In this document: in pieces, positions 45,465 to 51,620 of the stretch
How the letters are laid out: the number at the start of each line of letters is the position of its first letter
How positions within the stretch are numbered: the first letter of the stretch is position 1
Source: a virus
Lineage: Duplodnaviria > Caudoviricetes
DNA: 64,000 nt
Virus record (IMG/VR): IMGVR_UViG_3300033463_000020
Strand: one strand, 5' to 3'
Position numbers and translations under genes: made by a program
The notes under the pieces: generated by a model
Seen by the model: only the letters and a program-made list of their open reading frames with translations
What the model was told of the DNA's origin: nothing
Database searches by the model: none

Positions 45465-45748
45465 ATGAGCCCAACACGCGAGAAGTGATTGGCGGCGCAA
45501 CGCGGGCGGTTCGAGAATATTATGTCAATATGTATCCTCGGACCACCGCTATTTTACCGGATATTGACGTAACACTGATTTCATGCACCCAAATCCAGGG
45601 AGCCTGGTCATTATTATTTGAGGTTTCTATGCCGGTAAGTGCTTTGTGCCGAGTTGAGGCTACATATATTCGAGAAGCATATTGTTATGAGATCACGGAG
45701 TTTTTGAAAACTAATTCCGCATCTATAGTTCCGCATATTCCTAGTTGA
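45461..45748 (+). CDS. Hypothetical protein
   Basis: 95-aa ORF coupled to the permease by an ATGA overlap. Confidence 0.55.
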   Translation: MNEPNTREVIGGATRAVREYYVNMYPRTTAILPDIDVTLISCTQIQGAWSLLFEVSMPVSALCRVEATYIREAYCYEITEFLKTNSASIVPHIPS

Positions 45749-45773
45749 TAATTGTAGCACACCCCAATATAGT
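45745..45773 (+). promoter_or_regulatory. Sigma70/A-type promoter with CCCAA-TATAGT
   Basis: TTGATA-17 bp-TATAGT; the spacer ends CCCCAA. Confidence 0.65.
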
Positions 45774-45806
45774 AAGTATAATGTTTGAGGAAGGAACAAG
45801 ATTTTT

Positions 45807-46274
45807 ATGAAAAATCCAGCTGTGAACCAGCAGTACTTTTCTGCTGAGAGAGTAAAATCTGGCGCCATGTCTGCTTTTATTCAAACCCTATTAACATTCG
45901 CATATGATACGGATGACAAGGATACTGCTACATATAACGATGTGCATGTGTATCCCGCGGATTGCGGCGCATTTATGGTTGAATGGGCACAGGAGCCCTG
46001 GAGCCGTGAATACGGTGGTAGTTTCCAGTACGTTGACGAGGATCAGGTTGTCGTACTAGAACGGGCATTTCCTGATGGGACATATGAGTATTTTGCGTCA
46101 GAAGAAGAGTTCACTACAGCTCTCAATGATTGGCTCGTGGAGCATCCGGAGTATCATCGCAATCAATGGGGCATGTGGACCACGAGCAGTGACGCATCTG
46201 ATGAGGATACTGAGGATGATGAGGACGACGAACCCGATGAGGAGTCTTCAGAGGAGCAGCACATAGACGAATGA
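45807..46274 (+). CDS. Hypothetical protein with acidic tail
   Basis: 155 aa, D/E-rich C-terminus. Confidence 0.7.
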   Translation: MKNPAVNQQYFSAERVKSGAMSAFIQTLLTFAYDTDDKDTATYNDVHVYPADCGAFMVEWAQEPWSREYGGSFQYVDEDQVVVLERAFPDGTYEYFASEEEFTTALNDWLVEHPEYHRNQWGMWTTSSDASDEDTEDDEDDEPDEESSEEQHIDE

Positions 46275-46825
46275 GTCGTAAGAGATTTAGTGACTGGGAC
46301 GATTACGATGAGTTCGAGGACACAGGCGGATACACTAAACTGTCCAAAAGCGATAAGCGTCGTCAGCATGAATTAGAAAATGTACGGCGTCCTAAGCGCG
46401 GTCATCGGCACAGTCCCACTTTAGATTGGGAGATCCTCGATGATCCTATTCCGGAACCGATAGAGTCGCCTGTAACGCCAGTAGAGTCGCCCGCAGAACC
46501 GCCCCCGTCTGTTACGCCTCCCGCCGTAGTGTTTGACCCCGATGCTACCACATTTGGTACGCCTAAGGGATTAACTGACATGAATACCCGGGTGGTGAAG
46601 GGGAATGAAATCAACTATGATCGCGTGGTAGACATGTGCAAAGTCGAAAACGACCACAACGGTCGTTTGACCTATGGAATTAAGTTCACATTCTTTGGGA
46701 CTACCGCGCAACGAGAGTTATCACGTATTGCTTGGTTCAACATTAACCAAGCTGAGCGTGACCGTTTATATACTCAAGAACGCAAATTTTGGCAGTCTCT
46801 TCAGGGAGATAGAAAGGATAGTTAA
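46271..46825 (+). CDS. Hypothetical protein with Pro-rich linker
   Basis: 184 aa, with start and stop overlapping its neighbours. Confidence 0.7.
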   Translation: MSRKRFSDWDDYDEFEDTGGYTKLSKSDKRRQHELENVRRPKRGHRHSPTLDWEILDDPIPEPIESPVTPVESPAEPPPSVTPPAVVFDPDATTFGTPKGLTDMNTRVVKGNEINYDRVVDMCKVENDHNGRLTYGIKFTFFGTTAQRELSRIAWFNINQAERDRLYTQERKFWQSLQGDRKDS

Positions 46826-47484
46826 TGAAGAACCGTATGTGTACTGGTACCGAGGTAGCTGTAGTGGGGCTTTCCGACGTATTGTCTGAGCTGCCCCTGG
46901 CCGAAATGGCGGCCCTGCCGGCGCCGAGCACGCTAATGTATTACCTTGATCGCAACGATCGGATGTTGTGGCTCGAAGGCGACGTTGACGAGGACGTTTT
47001 GAGCCTCGAAAAGCAGATCTTATATTTTAATCGGTGCGATGCCGGGATCCCCCCCGCAGAACGCAAGCCTATCAAACTGCTGATCTATAGCTATGGCGGA
47101 GATGGGGTGGCTAGCTTCAGCTTAATCGACGTGATTTTGAATAGCCAGACGCCCATTTACACCATTAATATGGGTGTGGCTATGAGTGCGGCGTTGGTCA
47201 TTCTGTTGGCCGGGCACAAGCGCTATTGTTTGCCTCGGTCTGTTGCATTGATCCACTCTGGTTCGGGTGGTACCAATGGAACCTATGAGCAGAACGAGGC
47301 TCAGATGAAAGACTACCAGCACTTCGTAGGTGTAATGCGCGATTTCATTCTAGAACGCACCTCTATTACCGCCAAGACCTTCAATAAACAGAAGGGCAAG
47401 GAATGGTATCTTTATGCCGCAGATCAGGTATCACACCACGTCGTAGACGCTGTGATTAATAGTCTAGACGAAATTAACCCCTGA
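46825..47484 (+). CDS. ClpP-like (S14) protease
   Basis: IYSYGG, GVAMSAA (Ser), LIH (His), WYLYA..VVD. Confidence 0.85.
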   Translation: MKNRMCTGTEVAVVGLSDVLSELPLAEMAALPAPSTLMYYLDRNDRMLWLEGDVDEDVLSLEKQILYFNRCDAGIPPAERKPIKLLIYSYGGDGVASFSLIDVILNSQTPIYTINMGVAMSAALVILLAGHKRYCLPRSVALIHSGSGGTNGTYEQNEAQMKDYQHFVGVMRDFILERTSITAKTFNKQKGKEWYLYAADQVSHHVVDAVINSLDEINP

Positions 47485-47490
47485 TTTAAG

Positions 47491-47519
47491 TGGACAAATG
47501 AAATCCACCCCAATATAAT
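47491..47519 (+). promoter_or_regulatory. Promoter at the head of the tRNA cluster, CCCAA-TATAAT type
   Basis: TGGACA-17 bp-TATAAT; the spacer ends CCCCAA. Confidence 0.7.
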
Positions 47520-47574
47520 GGGGATGTCAGCCGGGGCGCGGCCAGTTGAGCCAGATTCTAACGCCCCGGCGTAT

Positions 47575-47651
47575 GGGACGGTAGCCCAACGGCAGCAGGC
47601 AGCAGACTCAAAATCTGCCAAGTGAGGGTTCGAATCCCTCTCGTCCCACCA
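47575..47651 (+). tRNA. tRNA-Leu(CAA), short variable loop
   Basis: Cloverleaf; anticodon arm GCAGA-CTCAAAA-TCTGC, GTTCGAATC, A73, CCA. Confidence 0.85.
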
Positions 47652-47849
47652 ATTGCTCTGTGATCTTTGCGGATTAGGAGACGCGTCGGAAGCGCAAACT
47701 TCGTGGATGCGGGTGCCAGTCTATGAAGGCTCGCAGGTGAAGTCGCCCTCGGGCGATAAGGCCGTCCCTTGTTGCAGGACGGGGAGCGTATAAAGGGCAA
47801 ATCTGGCAACGGCCGGTACCTGAGACCACGAATCCGGCCATCTGAATAA

Positions 47850-47924
47850 TGGGGTGTAGTATAAAGGTCAGTACAACGGTCTCTAAAACCGAGAATCTCA
47901 GTTCGAGTCTGAGCGCCCCCGCCA
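47850..47924 (+). tRNA. Amber suppressor tRNA (anticodon CUA)
   Basis: Anticodon arm CGGT-CTCTAAA-ACCG (CTA at 47883-47885), GTTCGAGTC T-loop, G73, CCA. Confidence 0.92.
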
Positions 47925-47930
47925 TTACAC

Positions 47931-48000
47931 GGGGGCGTAGCCGGATGGCTAGGCGGTGGTTATTCCACTAAGGCAAGGTCCCTCCTTGCCGCCCCCTCAA
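47931..48000 (+). ncRNA. Degenerate tRNA-like element
   Basis: GGGGGCG/CGCCCCC acceptor, GCC/GGC D-stem, 5-nt anticodon loop, non-canonical T-loop. Confidence 0.5.
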
Positions 48001-48005
48001 CACTT

Positions 48006-48080
48006 AGGGATGTAGCCAAGTGGTAAGGCAATGGACTTTGACTCCATCACTCGTAGGTCCGAATCCTGCCATCCCTGCCA
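48006..48080 (+). tRNA. tRNA-Gln(UUG)
   Basis: ATGGA-CTTTGAC-TCCAT, AGGGATG/CATCCCT, G73, CCA. Confidence 0.92.
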
Positions 48081-48120
48081 ATATGTTCGCTTTGCGCGAA
48101 CGATTCTTTAGGAGGTAAGC

Positions 48121-48321
48121 ATGAAGAAGTTTATTGCACTTGGCCTAGCCCTTCTTTGCATACTGGTTTGTGTGATCGGATGCGATAAGAAGAAGGGAGA
48201 AGAGGAGACCACCGTCGAAGAGACTGAAGAGATCGTGGAAACCACGGAGGCTCCTGAGACAAACGAGGATACCACCGAAGTTGTCGAGCCCGTTACCGAG
48301 ATAGAAACGACGGCTGTTTAA
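48121..48321 (+). CDS. Small acidic lipoprotein
   Basis: MKK plus hydrophobic stretch plus VIGC lipobox-like site, E/T-rich tail, AGGAGG RBS. Confidence 0.75.
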   Translation: MKKFIALGLALLCILVCVIGCDKKKGEEETTVEETEEIVETTEAPETNEDTTEVVEPVTEIETTAV

Positions 48322-48512
48322 GTAATATTATACCCATGGTAATCTGCGGAAAGCCCATGAAAGACAGAGATTTGCGGATCTGTGGGCGATCGGATGAGTC
48401 TGAAGCCCTTAATGCGAAAGGTACAGTATTAACTTTTATCTAGAGACGATGGCCGGATGCGGCCGCGCACTGGACGGATGGTAACTGTTACTGGTTTGCG
48501 CAGATATTGATT

Positions 48513-48698
48513 ATGCGTTTTCCTTGGCTGTAGTTATATTACATGCCGACGATTGGACATTTCGTTGCTGGTGCGCCGCCGTAGTATTATGATGCTAATG
48601 GTTTAAACACCGAAAATGATGAACACATTCTATTCAGTACGTTGGCGCGGCAAGATCCGGCCTGGGCTGATCGAATTCTACGAGATTGTAGAGACTAA
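48513..48698 (+). CDS. Possible small protein, 61 aa, 2 TAG
   Basis: Open from ATG to TAA only when TAG is read through; no clear RBS. Confidence 0.35.
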
Positions 48699-48885
48699 TA
48701 TTTGCCAGTTCGCAAGCTGCACTCTTGCGTGAGGCCCGTGCAGGGGCCAAAAGGTGAGCAACTACCCTAAAGAGAGCGCCGGACATCTCGCCCGTTGAGG
48801 AGAAAAGAATGGGTCAAATACTCCTATCCCATCACCAGCACGCAAGGGCATGCGGAAGAGTCAGGTTAAAGTTGGAGTCTTTTAT

Positions 48886-48972
48886 GCCAGTGTGGCGGAA
48901 TCGGCAGACGCAACGGACTTAAAATCCGTTGTCCGCAAGGGCGTATGGGTTCAAGTCCCATCACTGGTACCA
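48886..48972 (+). tRNA. tRNA-Leu(UAA)
   Basis: ACGGA-CTTAAAA-TCCGT, long variable arm, CCA. Confidence 0.92.
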
Positions 48973-49106
48973 GCGCCTCATATGGGGAAGTATGTTGGAA
49001 GCCAAAGAAGGAATGATGACAACATTTCATAGATACGGCTCATTAGCAAACGGTTAGTTCGTCACTAAAGTCGAGGGTGCAAATCCCTTCTCTCCACCAA
49101 TATTTT

Positions 49107-49197
49107 GCAGGGATACCCAAGCGGCCGAAGGGGGCTGCCTACTAAGCAGCTAGGCTTGGCAACGAGTGCCTGGGTTCGAATCCCAGTCCCTGCGCCA
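49107..49197 (+). tRNA. tRNA-Ser(ACU)
   Basis: GCTGC-CTACTAA-GCAGC, long variable arm, G73, CCA. Confidence 0.85.
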
Positions 49198-49657
49198 ATT
49201 AGGGAGATTCCTTCCGCAGTCGGATCAACTCCCTCCGGGTGATGCCGGGCAAAACAAATGGATCGACGGGGCGTATTCAGGCAGGGCCGATGACCACAGC
49301 ATTAACCCTCCAGTTCATGAACGGGTTGGCAAACCTCTCGCGAGAGGAAGCTTCCATCAAAATGCCCTTGCTCGGGTCTGAAGCATTGAGAAGACCATAT
49401 GATGCTCAGGATGAAACGCTTGGTGGTGAGAGCGGCTGACCCGAGAATTATTGGGGCGACAAAATCCGGGAGATGTACCGACATCTGTGCTCGAGGGCTG
49501 AGGCAACGAGTGAAAACAAAGACCCCAGAAAAGTTTTCGGAAATAACTATAAACCGACATAGAGTTCAAGGGTTGGCGGTCTGTGCCCCTCGGTTGCAAG
49601 CGGGAGACGAGAAGGACCACGCATGGAAATGAACGGCAGTGCGAAAAACCGCCATTT

Positions 49658-49734
49658 GGCTCATTAGCTCAGTTGGTCAGAGCGAGTGACTGTTAATCAT
49701 TAGGTCATAGGTTCAAGTCCTATATGAGCCTCCA
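49658..49734 (+). tRNA. tRNA-Asn(GUU)
   Basis: AGTGA-CTGTTAA-TCATT, GGCTCAT/ATGAGCC, CCA. Confidence 0.88.
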
Positions 49735-49737
49735 CAT

Positions 49738-49834
49738 ATCCACCTAGCTCAACACGGTAGAGCCTGTTGCTTTCGGAGCGGTATATGCAACATAAACGCG
49801 CTCGATGCGGGTTCGAATCCCGCGGTGGGTACCA
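49738..49834 (+). ncRNA. tRNA-like RNA with enlarged anticodon and variable regions
   Basis: Intact acceptor, D-arm and T-arm plus CCA; TGTTGC/GCAACA stem closes a 16-nt loop. Confidence 0.65.
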
Positions 49835-50201
49835 AAAGACGGGTGTAGACACCCGCGAACAGTAATTGTTCTATACTGTTTAGCCGATGACGGAAGTTGT
49901 TTGGTTAGGGAAGCGACTTTCAGAGGGCCTATTACAATGGTTAGCGCTGATCCAATGCCTGACTAGGTAAGTGAGCACTTACCGAAAGAAAAGCGTAACT
50001 CTCGACCAAATAATCGGGGTGCAGATGCACTTCTTACCAGCCCGCCCGGTGGCGCGAGAGTTCATTTTTAGACAAAAAAACTTAAGGTGCTACGGACCTC
50101 TCCCCACTAGGCCTTGGACTTGGACGAACTGGCGATGGGTAGAGCTTAGCGTAACGGCCGGGCAGTAGTTAAATGGAGTTCGATGAACAGCCTTAAGATA
50201 C

Positions 50202-50380
50202 AATACAGTGGCGGAATAGGTAGACGCTTAAAGAGTTGGTTGAGAGGTTCGAGTCCTTAACAAGCCTCATAGGTATAGGGTGTATACAACGTGAGATACA
50301 CTCAATGGGGCAGTGCAATCGGAGCGCACCATTTAAAGGTCGTAACTTCTCATATAAGGTGCAAATCCTTATCTGTATTA
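50202..50380 (+). ncRNA. tRNA-Leu-like scaffold with ~100-nt insertion replacing the anticodon arm
   Basis: AATACAG/CTGTATT acceptor, TGGCGGAATAGGTAGACGC D-arm, ATAAGG-TGCAAAT-CCTTAT T-arm. Confidence 0.55.
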
Positions 50381-50388
50381 AATTATAA

Positions 50389-50465
50389 TGGGGTGTCGCC
50401 TAACGGTATGGCGCTTGATTTGGGATCAAGAACCAAAGCAGGTCCGACTCCTGTTACCCCAACCA
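50389..50465 (+). tRNA. tRNA-Pro(UGG)
   Basis: CTTGA-TTTGGGA-TCAAG, TGGGGTG/TACCCCA, ACCA. Confidence 0.85.
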
Positions 50466-50836
50466 GGCCATTGTAGCATTAAAGGCCTCGATTCTAATTG
50501 GTGGATAGGGAATTAAAGCAGTCCACCCCGGCAAGCAGAGAGATAACCGTTGCTACGCGGAAAGCGCTCCCTAGTCTGCATCAAATTGCTGGCAACCTCA
50601 GGTGCGCTCCTGAGATTGGTCCATACAACGGTAGACAAGCATTGAAAGTCAGGAAGAAAATAACAGCGGGATCTAAAGTTGGGACACATTGAGATCCACC
50701 TTAACAGGGTTAGATGACCCAGTACCAAGGAAGTGCACCCCAAGCCCGCCCCGTGTGATTGAGCCGACGCGCACGGCAACTGCACACCCGGTGTATGATT
50801 TAGCGCAATTTTTATTGGCCAATGGAGGACACAAAC

Positions 50837-51115
50837 ATGGATGATCGTTGGTTTTTGATTGAGTTGCAGAACCGGCCGGATGGAATTACCAATTCCACCA
50901 TAAACAGTTACAGCACTCAGCAAACCACCCGCGCGATGTTTTATCAGCGTTGTGCTGCGGCATGCAGCAGCCAGCAGTTTGTTACTGTTTCGCTGATCAT
51001 CGTGGATTCACACGGGAACATTATCGAAGACAAAGAGTTGATGACTTCTTATGTTCCCCCGGAACCCGAGCCCGAACCTGAGCCGGAGCCGGAACCGGAA
51101 CCCGATCCGGAATAA
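50837..51115 (+). CDS. Small protein with C-terminal (PE)n tail
   Basis: GGAGG RBS, MDDRWFLIELQ..., ends in PEPEPEPEPEPEPEPDPE. Confidence 0.7.
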   Translation: MDDRWFLIELQNRPDGITNSTINSYSTQQTTRAMFYQRCAAACSSQQFVTVSLIIVDSHGNIIEDKELMTSYVPPEPEPEPEPEPEPEPDPE

Positions 51116-51157
51116 TAATCTATTGCAGAGTAGCGGACGTTTCCGCTCTCTGCTCAT

Positions 51158-51242
51158 GTCGGAATGGTGAAATGGCAGCCACGCGAGATTTAGGATCTCG
51201 TTCCGAGAAGGAGTGCAGGTTCAAGTCCTGTTTCCGACACCA
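51158..51242 (+). tRNA. tRNA-Leu(UAG)
   Basis: CGAGA-TTTAGGA-TCTCG, long variable arm, ACCA. Confidence 0.92.
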
Positions 51243-51254
51243 AAAAAACATATT

Positions 51255-51272
51255 ATAAAATAGTGCTTTTAT
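51255..51272. promoter_or_regulatory. ATAAAA-N6-TTTTAT palindrome, copy 3
   Basis: ATAAAA TAGTGC TTTTAT, upstream of the tail-fibre block. Confidence 0.5.
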
Positions 51273-51296
51273 TTGGCACGGAAGGAAGGGTAAACA

Positions 51297-51620
51297 ATGA
51301 AAATTATTGAAACAGCTAATGGACAGCAGCAGGTGGTGGGAGTTTCGGAGTGCGAACTCCGTGAAACCAGTGATGGCCTCATTTGGGCGCCCTGCCTTTC
51401 GGCCCGGGACTATGCGGAGATTTGTGAGATTGCACCGCATGATACACAGGCTCCGGCACGAGCCGCAATGTCCACAGAAGAATACGTCGCCAGTTTAGAC
51501 GACCGTGAAATACAGGCGCAGGCAACTTATGCCGCATATCTCAGTGAAAAGATTGCGGATGGTGAGGCCCTCCAGGCCTTTCTGAGTACGCAAGGAGGAG
51601 GCATGTATGTCAGAAGCTAA
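51297..51620 (+). CDS. Hypothetical protein
   Basis: 107 aa with a purine-rich RBS, immediately before the long tail fibre. Confidence 0.65.
   Translation: MKIIETANGQQQVVGVSECELRETSDGLIWAPCLSARDYAEICEIAPHDTQAPARAAMSTEEYVASLDDREIQAQATYAAYLSEKIADGEALQAFLSTQGGGMYVRS

Noticed and set aside
47850-47924. tRNA-Pyl and pyrrolysine decoding of TAG
   Set aside because: The tRNA has a normal D-loop GG, TTC T-loop and standard arm lengths. No pyl genes are seen and TAG aligns with Gln.
48984-49099. tmRNA
   Set aside because: The ends are Ala-like, but it is only ~116 nt with no tag reading frame or pseudoknots. Kept as a tRNA-like element.
49915-49990. Hammerhead ribozyme (CTGACTA-stem-GAAA)
   Set aside because: The core has U at the conserved G8 position and I could not form stem I.
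51058-51112. Short tandem DNA repeat as a regulatory element
   Set aside because: It encodes a (Pro-Glu)n tail with varied synonymous codons.
51158-51242. Second suppressor tRNA because the anticodon reads TAG
   Set aside because: Anticodon UAG decodes CUA (Leu); this is an ordinary class II tRNA-Leu.
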